Below are positions 21,174 to 31,967 of a DNA stretch of 52,562 nucleotides, piece after piece. The DNA comes from Stramenopiles sp. TOSAG23-3. Its lineage: Eukaryota. The notes below the pieces were generated by a model. The model saw nothing but the letters and a program-made list of their open reading frames with translations, was not told the origin of the DNA and searched no databases. Within the stretch, counting starts at the first letter, position 1; each line of letters opens with the position of its first letter. The stretch is from the NCBI GenBank assembly GCA_900128585.1, contig LT642159.1, positions 1-52,562 of the forward strand. Direction: 5' to 3'. Made by a program: the position numbers and the translations under genes.

Positions 21174-23427
21174 TTAGTCCAAATCGGATATGCCTGCTGC
21201 AACGTTAGCACGAGAAGCTGGGACTACTGGGGCTTTCGTTTTCGACGACGCCCGGCAGACCAAATCGTCAATGCTTGTGGCGCTCCAGCAAGCGGGATCC
21301 GCGTCGGATCTGCAGAACACCACGTTTGCATCGATGTACATTTGTTCCTTGCCAAAATAATACACCTGTTTGCCGCCAACTTTGTGCTCGAGGCGAGGGG
21401 CAAACACCAAATTGTTCTTCTCCGCTTCAATCATCATCAGTTTCTTAAGATTAATTCTGGTTTGAAAGTTCGGCTTATGCATTCTTAATTTTGGCTTCAC
21501 CACCCCAATCGACCCATTTATCGATCGCAGTATCCTTTCGTACGAAGAAAACTCAGGAAGTGGCACTCCATCCATATTTTTGTCCGCAGTCAAAGCTACG
21601 TTGACAATTTCAAGCAAACCGTTTATCCTCGCCTTCGGGGAATACTCGTTTCCATCGAGAACGTGGGTTGGAAAACTCGACTTTAATCTCTCGTACCAGC
21701 TTAGAATATTTTCAAACTGCGGGCTGCCCTCCAGCAGCTTCTTCAATCCTCTGTAACAATGCGGAAAAAATTCTCCCTCCAGCAAACAAAATACATTTTT
21801 CTTTCCAATCAGGCCTTCCCATTTCATCAAAGTCTTCAGTTGGCGAAACTTGCAATCTATTGAGGCAAGGGAGGATTTACAGTCGTGCATAGAATCTATG
21901 AGTTTCGGCAAAATTGACTGATTAATTATTCGATCTACAAAAGAATGTGCGTAAACTCCCTTCCACGGGGCTATTATATCGATAGTGACTTGGTTCAACC
22001 CGGCGGACCTGTAACTCTTGTTCAAGTGTTGGGTCAGGACGGGGCGAAGAGCGCTGCAGAGCTGAGTTGCTTTGTCTTTCAAGAGCGGCAGCCAGGGGTG
22101 TATCCAAATGTCTGGCCGGAGCGCGTTGGCATCCGCAACACCGCCCTCGCCGTGAAGGGCGAGCTGACGCTTCAGTTTTGGTACCACCTGCTCCTCCAGT
22201 AAACCTTCGACGTGAAAAGCGCAAGCAAATTTTGTTACACTGTCCATCAGCTGCACGCCCTCATCAATATAATCGCATGGGTTCCAAGACCTGACTAAGT
22301 CTTCTCTTACTGCGGGAAGAATGGCGTTCTCTACGATTCCATCGTACATGTTCAAGCGGTTACGACTACTTTCAGGCATACGATCTTTTCCAAACAGCAA
22401 TCTGAGTTTTGCCATGAACGAAACGATGCAGCTTGGTTCACGTAGTGGTTCCCAACAGGACAACGTTCGCTGCAGCCGACTAGTCACCAGGCTCGGAATC
22501 AAGCGCCGTACCTTGTACACAAAGAAGAATTCCCGGTGTCGCTGCCGTAGTTGCTCCAACCTCGTGCCTAACGCCGTGATCCACTCAGCGTCTATTTCGC
22601 CACCTTGCGAGTCTGCAACCACCCCCTCCTTTACCAGCTCTTGGCACCCCACGAGCATTCTTTTGGCCGATTGCAGGTTCAACACTTTCTCTTCCTCTCG
22701 TTGGACCCACTCTTCGGCGGCCTCTCTCGTCGCCTTCAAAGCATGTAAATTTGTCTCTGTAAATCCCATTTCACGCCTTGCGTTGATGACTTTATCTTCT
22801 GCAAGTCCGTGCAGCACTTTCAGATTGTACATCAACTCCGCCCCATACGCCTTCTTTTTAATTATTTTCTTTTTGGGTTCAGATACACTTGCGCCGGCCA
22901 GTCCAGCTATCGGGGGGCGCGTCCTCTCTCTTTTCCTCTTTTTTTTTTTACCGTGCTCGTGCCCGTAATGGTTGGCACCTGCACTGCCGTAGGCACGCTG
23001 CCACAGAGGGCGCGTCGTTGTCTCCCTTTTCCGCTTTGTCATCGTTTTCTTGGACTCCAAATATATCCTCCATAATCTCCTTGTTTTCGCGCAAGTTCGT
23101 TGCCTCCTTTACCGCCCCTAGCCCTGCCCCTGGCAGCCTTGTCATCACAGATATTGGCCTAGTGATACCTTGTTCTTGTTTACCCAGGCGGCCCTTAAAG
23201 TTAAACTTCGCTAGGTACTTCGAACCAAATCCCTTGGTGTGCTTCTCGAACTTTCCCCAATCCCTATCATACGTGACAGGTTTAAAGTCGGGTTGTTGAT
23301 TCGCAGGGGTAGAGCCACCCCCCGCTCCTAATCCTGCACGCTGACCATCGCCGCCAGCAGCCCCCCCACCCGCCGTCGACCCCGTGTCAACTGGAGTCGA
23401 CTTTGTTGATGCCTTTACGAAATTCAT
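21174..23427 (-). CDS. TFIP11: Tuftelin-interacting protein 11 / Ntr1-Spp382 (G-patch + GCFC), split across two frames
   Basis: Upstream ORF 22948-23427 has WGKFEKHTKGFGSKYLAKFNFKGRLGKQEQGITRPI (G-patch). Overlapping ORF 21174-23060 has ELMYNL, WEPL.EP, WNP, WIHPWLP, PWK, EGEFF and WY....FP of the GCFC region. Joining them needs a +1 shift within 22948-23108. Confidence 0.85.
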
Positions 23428-23799
23428 TATTCAATCATTCGACCATAGACATATATACACACAAATAGGATGTCGATCAAATATCTGTTTAAACAAACTA
23501 AGAAAACTAAAAAATACCCAACCACACTGAAGTTTGGTCCAAATTCATACAGACACTTTAAATATTTGTTCTTGAACTGCCGCCGTAAAAATATGTATTT
23601 AATAATAGGACTACCACAGGTACAAAATATTTTTTTAATAAATAATATTTTTTTTTTTTTTTGTGGTGGTCTCGAGGAGAAGTACCGAAAGGTCGGCGAA
23701 AGAATACAAGCAGAGTAGTATTAATATTAATAATAATGAAAAACGAGGAGTCCTTAGGAAATAATCAAAGTAATAACAAATGAAATAATAATAACTAAT

Positions 23800-24070
23800 A
23801 AAATAACAGCCAATTTTTCTTGTTTTTAATTTTATGATAATAAGAAAAAATGATAAATTTTAGCTTCGTCGTACCCTAATAATAATGGCTGTTATTAAGA
23901 TTACTTTTTGTACAAAAAATAATAAACTAGAAAAAAAATAATAATTATATAGTACTCGTAGAAAAAAAAACCAAAATATATAGTAACTAGCCTAAAAAAG
24001 TATTTAGTACTGGGGGGGAAGTAATCTCTTTAAAACACACAAACACGCAGAATTTTCTTGTTTTTAATTT
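23800..24070. repeat. Cluster of AAATAACAGCCAATTTTCTTGTTTTTAAT motifs downstream of ProRS
   Basis: Copies at ~23801-23830 (+), ~23882-23899 (-) and a degenerate one at ~24047-24070. Confidence 0.7.
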
Positions 24071-24161
24071 TTGTACACAGCACACATATATTTAGTTTAA
24101 GAGGGGGCTTTTTTTTAAAAAAAAAAGTCAAGTTTTTATTAAAAGTCGCATTTGATCGCCT

Positions 24162-25943
24162 TTAGTAACTTCTGCCCCACAGGCACCATGCGGTCGCTTT
24201 CTTACCAAAGCCGGGAGAGCCTTCCACCGAGGTAAAGCAAAGTTGGCCCTCTGGCATCTCGGGTTGAGCAAAAGGAATGCAGAGCGTTTTTGCAGCCCCG
24301 GACAAACTCTTTCCATCATCTTCCACAACAGCTTCTCCAGCTTTCTTCTTTCGCTCCGCTTCTCGTGTGTTGTAAATCTCTTTCGAAGTGTTTTTCACCC
24401 ACACTTCAGAGTCTATCAATTCACACCATGGTGTCAGGCACATGTTGCCCTTGTCCAAAGCAGCGATAAAATCTTCCCACTTTGTAACAATGGAGATTCT
24501 TGCGTCACGTTCGCGGCGTGCTTTGTCGAGCATGTCCTCCTGGATCTTTATCAGCAACTTTTGTACCACATCGGTAACCTCCTCGTCCTTGCACTCAATT
24601 ACTTCTCCGGTATCCCGGCGATTCATAGCAACTTTGCCACCGTCGAGCTCAGCCCGGCCAATATCAATACGGAGTGGGACACCTTTTTGTTCCCAGTAAT
24701 TGCGTTTCCACCCTGCCGTTTTGTCGGTGCGGTTATCAACTTTCATGCGCACGCCTGCTTTTTTCAGCACCTTTCCAATGTTGGCTGCTTTGTCCGCAAG
24801 GGCGTCGATCTCTGTTTGGGTATCGCCACTCTTGTAGAGCCAGACAATGGCAACTTGGTGGGGGGCGACTCGTGGCGGTAGCACCAACCCTTTGTCGTCC
24901 CCATGAACCATCGTAAGCACCCCAATTGTGCGCGTTGTAATACCCCACGAGTTTTGGATCGGTATTTCTCTACGCTTGCTTCCATCAGCAGCCTCATAGC
25001 TGATGTTGAAGATTTTTCCAAAGTTGGTGCCCAAGCAATGGGAGGTGGCACCTTGCACCGATCGGCCAGCCTCTGGGATGAACGCTTCTACCGTGGTCGT
25101 GTAAAAACCTCCCGGGAATCGTTCTTTTTCGCTCTTTCTCCCTTTAACGACGGGGACTGCCAACAATTCCTCGTACACACGTGCGTACAAGTCGAGAATA
25201 TCCAGCACTTCTTCGTCGGCTTCCTCTTGTGTGGCAAAAGCGCTGTGTCCTTCTTGCCACAAAAATTCACGCGTGCGAATGAAAGGCGTGGGGTTTTTGA
25301 ACTCCCATCGTACAACGTTGCACCATTGGTTGACACGAATTGGCAGATCACGGTGACTTCCAATCCACTTCTTAAAGGCTGGGTAAATGATGGTTTCACT
25401 CGTGGGGCGGATGGCGATGGGTTCTTTCAGCTCACTGCTGCCACTTTTTGTCACCCAGGCGACTTCCGCCGCAAAGCCGTCGACGTGGTCCTCCTCAGCA
25501 GTCAACGCCTTCTTACTAACAAATATTGGAAACGAGGCATTTTCAACCCCAAGTTCCTTTATTTCTGTATCAAAAAACTTGGTAATACTCTCCCAAATGG
25601 AGTAAGACCAGGGTCGAAGAATGTAGCACCCGCTCACGTCTGGGTAGTATTCGATCATTTCTGCCTTGGTGATGACTTGGGTGTACCACCCAGCAAAGTC
25701 CTCTGACTTTTTGACACCGAGCCCCAGTCCAGTCACTTTCTTTTTTGCTTTTTTCTTTTTACCGGCGTTTGCCTTTTTGCTTGCAGCCTTGGCCGCTTTC
25801 TGTGCCGCCTTCAGCGCTTTCTTAGCGTCGTTAAATTTGGCCTGCGCCGCCTCAATAGCGGCGGCATCATTGGAAGAACGGGCCTCCTTCACCTCCAGTC
25901 CGCACTTGGACACTAAAGTGGACAGTTCTTTAATATCAGACAT
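24162..25943 (-). CDS. proS: Cytosolic prolyl-tRNA synthetase (eukaryote/archaeal type)
   Basis: F..WY.QVI.KAEMIEYY, IAIRPTSETIIYP, NQWCNVVRWE, FIRTREFLWQEGH, QGATSHCLG, QNSWG.TTR.IG, HGDDKGLVLPP, C-terminal GRSY. Has a basic helical N-terminal extension. Confidence 0.96.
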   Translation of the reverse strand: MSDIKELSTLVSKCGLEVKEARSSNDAAAIEAAQAKFNDAKKALKAAQKAAKAASKKANAGKKKKAKKKVTGLGLGVKKSEDFAGWYTQVITKAEMIEYYPDVSGCYILRPWSYSIWESITKFFDTEIKELGVENASFPIFVSKKALTAEEDHVDGFAAEVAWVTKSGSSELKEPIAIRPTSETIIYPAFKKWIGSHRDLPIRVNQWCNVVRWEFKNPTPFIRTREFLWQEGHSAFATQEEADEEVLDILDLYARVYEELLAVPVVKGRKSEKERFPGGFYTTTVEAFIPEAGRSVQGATSHCLGTNFGKIFNISYEAADGSKRREIPIQNSWGITTRTIGVLTMVHGDDKGLVLPPRVAPHQVAIVWLYKSGDTQTEIDALADKAANIGKVLKKAGVRMKVDNRTDKTAGWKRNYWEQKGVPLRIDIGRAELDGGKVAMNRRDTGEVIECKDEEVTDVVQKLLIKIQEDMLDKARRERDARISIVTKWEDFIAALDKGNMCLTPWCELIDSEVWVKNTSKEIYNTREAERKKKAGEAVVEDDGKSLSGAAKTLCIPFAQPEMPEGQLCFTSVEGSPGFGKKATAWCLWGRSY

Positions 25944-26484
25944 GACTTTGTTGTCCTTCTGCTGTTTGTTTTTTTAAGTAGCAATTATTACAGTACTCGA
26001 GACCTGATTCAAGACCACAGAAACAGAATAATAAATTGTAGTAGATGATTGCTTCTTACTGCACTTTTATCCCAAGGCGAATGAAGAGAAACAACCTTTG
26101 AACTACTTCAATTCTTTTCTAAAAGGAAACAATAAATTACAGAACACAAACCTTCCTTTTGTTGTTGTAGTACCAAATAGATTATTAGATATTATTATAT
26201 TTTAATTAATAATTAGTCGTCTGATATGATGTAATACAATAGAACGACTATACTCTTCTATTCATTCAATGGTACTTGGTGTTAAATAGCAGTGATATGA
26301 GGAGTACGAGGATTTCTGATGGCTGAGAACGATTGAGAATCGAGATCGATCTTCCGGAGAAATTATATTTAAGGAATATCATATAGACTACGTCTATTAT
26401 TATTTAAGGTTAAATAATTGAATAATATAATAATTACAACTTCGTTTTCAAAAGAAGATTATATTTCAACATTTGTACAAAACA

Positions 26485-28917
26485 TCAAAGTTCATCAAAT
26501 TTCGCCTTTTGCTCTATATTCAACTTGTTCACGGCCTGTATCATTCGTTTGCTTGGCATATGATTCTTCATTTCAGAAATGATAGGTTCAAGAACATTTA
26601 CAACAATGTTGGCGCACTCGTTCCTAGCTTTCATTATTTTTTGTTTCATTGCGTTAAGATCGGAACCCCTCTCCTCCGAGACCTTTTCAATCCTTTCAAT
26701 TTGGTCTTTTAGCCCGGCTTCCCGGGCAGAGCTCTCCTCCAACTGTTTCCCTGCAGCATCTAACTTTGGGGAAAATGTTGCCATTTGGTCTTTTGCTAAC
26801 TTGACCGCATTTCTCAGTTGTGCGTTGGTTCTCTCTAGTTTTGCCTGCGAGTCCACAGCGGCCGCCAGTGTCGACTCCTTTTCTTTCAAGAGCAGAAGAC
26901 TACGATCTAGTTCTTTTTGTAAGTTCGACTTACCTTTCGACAGCGACAAAATTTCCCTTGATTTTTCTTGAATTTCTATTTTTAGCATTTCTACTTGTTT
27001 AAGTTTCCCGATGGACTCACTATAAAGCCCTTGATTTTTTTCCATTTCAGCCTCTTTCTCTTTCAGCGCAGTTTGGAGCTTCACCAGCTCCTTCTCAACT
27101 ACGCCATTCTCTAATTTCAGAGAATTTGCCGCTTCAGCCTGCTGGGCAAGGGAAGACACTTTGGACGCAAGAGCTCTGTGCCGGTCTTTCAATTCCTCCA
27201 AGGATGTGGCGAGGAAGGATGCCCTTTCTTCCGCTCTAATTCGTGCTTTCTCAGACGCTCGTGACTGCGCTACTTCAGACTGAGCAAACTCCAGCTTTGC
27301 TTGCATTACAGCGATTCTATTGTCCATTTTGTTGCTGTTTGAAGAGGAACTCTGGTCGGAGATTTCAAGCTTCCTTTCAGTGGTGGGTATTAGCAGTTCA
27401 AAGACTTTCTGCCGCCACGTTGCGAGCAGGCGAGTGTACCCGTTCGCAGTCTGACGAATGCTCAAGGCAGTATCTTTCTTTACTACAGCATCGTTAAAGT
27501 TTTCTGAGGAATGAATTGCACCCGCTTCACTCTCGTCGTCTTCTTTCGCTTTTCCCCAACCTAGCACTCGTTCTTGGATTGCAAATTGTTTCTCAGTGGC
27601 GTTTAGCTTTTTCCGTAGTGAGAGGACTTCGTCGCGCAACTCTTCCCTCTCCCCAACGACTTTTTCAATGGCCGCACTAACGGCGGCATTCACTGCAACA
27701 TTCTTTCCTTCGTCATATTTATCTCGAAATTGCCGCTCAATATTTCGAAGGCGGGCTTGAAATTCATCATCTCCTCGCTTTCTCTCTACTTCATATTTCG
27801 CAGACATCTCTTCTGCCGTCTCAGTTTTTGCTTGGCGTGCCGCCGTTTCGGTGGCTCGTTCCAGCTCGTTGTCAAACTTTCTCTTCAAAGCAGATATATC
27901 GGACTCGCGCGTTTCGTTTATTTGTGCGGCCCGTCTTTCCATTTCCACGTTGTTCCTAGCATTTAGCATTTCGGTGGTTTCCTCCCTTACCACCATGGAC
28001 GCCTGCTGAACGGCAATTTCTTCCGATAATTTCGCTTGTTGTTCAAGGCGCTTAACACTAGTTTCATGCTGAAGCTTTAGCTGACTGATCGTGGCCTCGT
28101 GCCGCTGGTTTAAATTCTCAGTAACCTCCTCCATCGTTTCTCTCCGAACCTGATCACGAATGCTCTTTATTTCTCTACGATGATTCTCGTCTTGGTTATC
28201 CTTTTCCATCTGAATTTGACTCTCGAACGAGCTCTTCGCATGCCGCAGTTGCGCTTCTAAATCCTCTTTGTACTTAACACTGGACTGTTCCCGTACATCA
28301 TCGAGCGCTTTGTTAAACACGTCTGGGTGCACACGCTGTTTATTGTCTTGGTACAGCGGTACCATGGCCGTTTTCGTTTTTATGTCATCTAGCTTATTTA
28401 ACGATGGGATTTTGGAGCACAGAGTGTCCCGGTACGAATCTTCCTCCACACAAGGATTGCCACGCAAGTCCAGCTCGCGGAGCGCTTTCAATACACTCAA
28501 GTGGTCTGCAACTACGATGTCAAGCCTGTTCCTAGAAAGGCCTAGAATTTCTAAACGACGTGCGCACGCCTTCCAGCTGGATGCTGTTATCGAATTCACG
28601 GTCAGCGAATTCCCATCCAGGTAAAGTTCTCGCAGATTAGCGAACCATGGGAAGCATAAAATGCGGGTCAATTTGTTTCGGCGAGCACTAACGCGATTCA
28701 GGCTCGGGAACCGCGAACAAAGTACTTCGGCATTCATTTCCCGGAGTTCGTTGTCATCTAATTTCATAGCAAATAATTTTGCATCTTCCTTTGAGGGCGG
28801 CAAGCGGTCCAGCAAGTCTAAGGAAAGATCATGAATGGGAAATCTAGGCCCCTTTGGTCTGGTCGACACTAAGTTTTGTTTCGACGGAGTCGCAGCATCA
28901 GGATTCAACAAGCTCAT
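26485..28917 (-). CDS. Leucine-rich repeat plus long coiled-coil protein with a CCHCR1/HCR-like segment
   Basis: LRRs (LRELYLDGNSL, LEILGLSRNRL, LRELDLRGNP) with an LRRcap-like YR..L...IPSL.KLD, then a long coiled coil containing LLATWRQKVFELL. First ATG at 28917. Confidence 0.75.
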   Translation of the reverse strand: MSLLNPDAATPSKQNLVSTRPKGPRFPIHDLSLDLLDRLPPSKEDAKLFAMKLDDNELREMNAEVLCSRFPSLNRVSARRNKLTRILCFPWFANLRELYLDGNSLTVNSITASSWKACARRLEILGLSRNRLDIVVADHLSVLKALRELDLRGNPCVEEDSYRDTLCSKIPSLNKLDDIKTKTAMVPLYQDNKQRVHPDVFNKALDDVREQSSVKYKEDLEAQLRHAKSSFESQIQMEKDNQDENHRREIKSIRDQVRRETMEEVTENLNQRHEATISQLKLQHETSVKRLEQQAKLSEEIAVQQASMVVREETTEMLNARNNVEMERRAAQINETRESDISALKRKFDNELERATETAARQAKTETAEEMSAKYEVERKRGDDEFQARLRNIERQFRDKYDEGKNVAVNAAVSAAIEKVVGEREELRDEVLSLRKKLNATEKQFAIQERVLGWGKAKEDDESEAGAIHSSENFNDAVVKKDTALSIRQTANGYTRLLATWRQKVFELLIPTTERKLEISDQSSSSNSNKMDNRIAVMQAKLEFAQSEVAQSRASEKARIRAEERASFLATSLEELKDRHRALASKVSSLAQQAEAANSLKLENGVVEKELVKLQTALKEKEAEMEKNQGLYSESIGKLKQVEMLKIEIQEKSREILSLSKGKSNLQKELDRSLLLLKEKESTLAAAVDSQAKLERTNAQLRNAVKLAKDQMATFSPKLDAAGKQLEESSAREAGLKDQIERIEKVSEERGSDLNAMKQKIMKARNECANIVVNVLEPIISEMKNHMPSKRMIQAVNKLNIEQKAKFDEL

Positions 28918-30020
28918 ACTATAAAACACGGGGGCAGGAGAAGGCCAGCCGCTGCGCAAACTGTGAACTCAATAGACTTTGTAACGTCCCTCGAGGAGGT
29001 TCAATATCCTAACCTTCGTGACCTTGTCTTAAAAAGCCTGTTTGTTCAGATTTAAAATCTTGTAATTTGAATTAGAAGCAGGACGAACTAATACAATGTA
29101 TTTCAAAACCAGAAAATCATACTAGTTTTTAAATTTCCGTTCGTCATATCACTTTTTATGTGTGCTTCAGCAATGCAATGTTTTAGATAGAAGACGGACG
29201 ACCGGCGCCATGGTCTACTAATTTAAATTACTGTATACTACTTCTATAAAAGATAGTTTAAATTTTATTATTATTTGTATTTTTTTTTTATTCGTGATCA
29301 TTATTTGTTGTATCCGGTTCCGGTACCGGTTGGTATTATCACGGTATTAAATAGGAACAAGACGACAGAAACAAAGAAGGAAAAAAAGACAGTTGTTTGA
29401 AAAAAAAAAAAGAAAAAGCAGAGGCAACAACAACATCAGGACAGTATTGAGTAAATTATAATATCACGAGGATACGAGGGATGCCCTTGTGATGGTTACA
29501 TTTTCAAAAAAATTAAAATTATTATCAATATAATAATAATACGTAATATGGCGAGGTCACACATAGTCTAATAAATAATAGGTCAATAGCAATGAGAAAT
29601 ACTGCGGGAGGGAATTCATTCCTCTTCTTTTTTCTTCTTTAATTATTTTATCTAAAAAAAAAAACCAAATAAATAACACAACAAACTTCCCAGTCCTCTT
29701 ATTCAATGTGGTGGTACGTACAGGTATTAATATTATACGGTACAATAATAACTCAGCAGAGGATCATCTTCTTCTCTGATCATCATTTTATTTAATTAAT
29801 TAATCCTGCCCCTCCTCCTCCGACTAATACGGTTCAATTACCTGTATCTTGTAAAACGAATGCCCAGTTACACGCGAAATCAATTTAGCATCATAGATAT
29901 AGATGTGATAAATCACGATGCTGTCAAGGAATACGCCGACGTAATTATCTACAAAAGGTGTGATCCTGGTTTAAATTACCACAGGATACCCGCGAGAGAG
30001 AACTTGCTCAGACCAGTACC

Positions 30021-31685
30021 ATGTCTTCCCAACCTTGTTGGGCGGGGAATAGAGCACAAGTAGAGGAAAATGCATCAGTAACAATCCAAGCGGCCTGGCG
30101 AATGCATAACGTCTATTTAACTCATGTGCAAAAACCACGACGTGCGTTTGAGAAAATAGTTAAACAGTTAGAAAATACTTGCTGCTTGCCAGAAAGTCTT
30201 ATAGAATGTCGGTGGATTCGAAAAAACGTTTTGTGTCGCCCAACGATGGTGCTGCCTTCGATACCGTTTCAAAACGGGAGTAGGCCGGTGACAGAGGAAG
30301 TAGAAGAACAAGACCGTGGCCGTTGCGGGAAACTTATGGGCAGCGACAAGGACCTTATTGCAGAGAGCACCACACCAATCGACGCAATCAGCAGGAAGTT
30401 GCATGGAGAGGAAGACATTGAAGAGCGTGCGGCTAGTGCCGAGGTGCAAGGTACTGCTTCGGTCGATGACGTGTTTATGGAAGAGGATAGTTTAGACGGC
30501 GATTTAGAGAGTGATAGTGAAATGTACATCAACTTTGGCCATGAAACGTTAGAAACCACGTTGTTCCCTATACCAATAGTCGACCCGGTGGTTCGTGTGA
30601 TTGATGCCATCGCAGGTTTTTCTGCCTTTTCGGGATCCGGTGATGACGGAGTGGCGGAATCCGAGGATGACGGAGTGGAGGGATCCAGTGATGATGGAAG
30701 GGAGGGATCCGATGACGGAATGGAGGGATCCGATAACGGAATGGAGGAGAATCAGGCCATGCACGTAGAAGGTTTGTTGGAACAGATTCAACCGACACCA
30801 GAGTACCGCGTTAGTACAGAAATAGATATTTCACCGCAGACGACAAGTGAAGAGAAAGATCAAAACGGATTTTCCGACGAGGAATTAGGTTCTTGCCTGT
30901 CAGAACCTAAAGGTATAGAGAGCGGAACTGTGCAGGTGGAAGTGCAATGTGGGTCGGAGGAAAGGAACGAGGTGGCAGAGATAGAAGAGAATTTTGCAGG
31001 AGATGCGGAGGATCCTTTTAGGGAACAAAATGACGCTTTACCGATTGTGTATGAAAACAAAAATGCAGGCGGTGAAGTCCCCAACGTAGATCGATTGGTA
31101 GCAGTACCAATCGTAGAAATTATACGGGACGAATCTGCCGATGATCGAGCTGGAGAGGACCCAATGGTCGAAGATAGCGTTCGTGACGTGGAATGTATTG
31201 CTCTAAACGAAGAGGACGATGCGACTCCCACAGGGGAATCCCCGAAAAGCCAAGCCAAAGATACGACCACAGAAATTAGAGCGGAAGTATCGGCAAAGCC
31301 ACAAGCAGAAAATTTTGACGAAAGCCTAAACGAAAGATCAGCTTTAAGTGCAGTTGAATTTGCAACCGAAATAAATTATGAAAGCGAGGGGGTGATTGCG
31401 AAAACCGACAAAGATGATTGCTCCATCATTGCAGAGCCAGGCAACATTTCTTCTAGTGTAGCAGATCGAACTGGCACTAGCAATCCCCATCATAGTACCT
31501 TGTATTCTGTTAAACATGCTAGCCCAACTACGGAATTCGACCGAAAGGATCGCATGTTTAGCCCGGAGCGATTTCTGAAGCTAGTATCTCCAACAAAACG
31601 AAAACTTATCAGTGAGGAAGAAGATTACGATGACTCAAACGACGAGCCCATCGAAGTGTGCAAAGACGAGGAAGATTTTCCTTGA
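30021..31685 (+). CDS. IQ-motif protein (IQCC-like N-terminus) with acidic disordered tail
   Basis: IQAAWRM...RRAFEKIVKQLE...W....LCRP at the N-terminus; the rest is strongly acidic and low-complexity. Confidence 0.6.
   Translation: MSSQPCWAGNRAQVEENASVTIQAAWRMHNVYLTHVQKPRRAFEKIVKQLENTCCLPESLIECRWIRKNVLCRPTMVLPSIPFQNGSRPVTEEVEEQDRGRCGKLMGSDKDLIAESTTPIDAISRKLHGEEDIEERAASAEVQGTASVDDVFMEEDSLDGDLESDSEMYINFGHETLETTLFPIPIVDPVVRVIDAIAGFSAFSGSGDDGVAESEDDGVEGSSDDGREGSDDGMEGSDNGMEENQAMHVEGLLEQIQPTPEYRVSTEIDISPQTTSEEKDQNGFSDEELGSCLSEPKGIESGTVQVEVQCGSEERNEVAEIEENFAGDAEDPFREQNDALPIVYENKNAGGEVPNVDRLVAVPIVEIIRDESADDRAGEDPMVEDSVRDVECIALNEEDDATPTGESPKSQAKDTTTEIRAEVSAKPQAENFDESLNERSALSAVEFATEINYESEGVIAKTDKDDCSIIAEPGNISSSVADRTGTSNPHHSTLYSVKHASPTTEFDRKDRMFSPERFLKLVSPTKRKLISEEEDYDDSNDEPIEVCKDEEDFP
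30632..30749 (+). repeat. Coding minisatellite (21-24 nt units)
   Basis: Five imperfect GGATCC(N3)GATGACGGAxTGGAG units encoding GS(x)DDG(V/M/R)E. Confidence 0.85.
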
Positions 31686-31849
31686 GGCGCTCCCAAAGAG
31701 TTTTAGAAAACTGATGAAGGACTCTTAGTAGTATGGGCTACACTTCGTATCACATTCACAATAAATTAAGACACGTCTGAAGTTAGATTGTCTCATATGA
31801 TATACAAAATTACAGAACCAAGTTAGGATTAGGGTAGGAGGAAGCTAAA

Positions 31850-31925
31850 TTTAATTACTTAAATAACAGCCAATTTTCTTGTTTTTTAATTACTATAAAA
31901 TAACAGCCAATTTTTCTTGTTTTTT
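31850..31925 (+). repeat. Tail of the 3'-flank repeat family, duplicated
   Basis: TTAATTACTTAAATAACAGCCAATTTTCTTGTTTTTTAATTACTATAAAATAACAGCCAATTTTTCTTGTTTTT matches 18421-18460. Confidence 0.8.
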
Positions 31926-31967
31926 GTAAAAAAAAAACATGACGTATGATCTCGCATAAGCATGCTA

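Noticed and set aside
30632-30749. CRISPR-like repeat
   Set aside because: Adjacent in-frame coding units without unique spacers, in a eukaryotic context with no cas genes.
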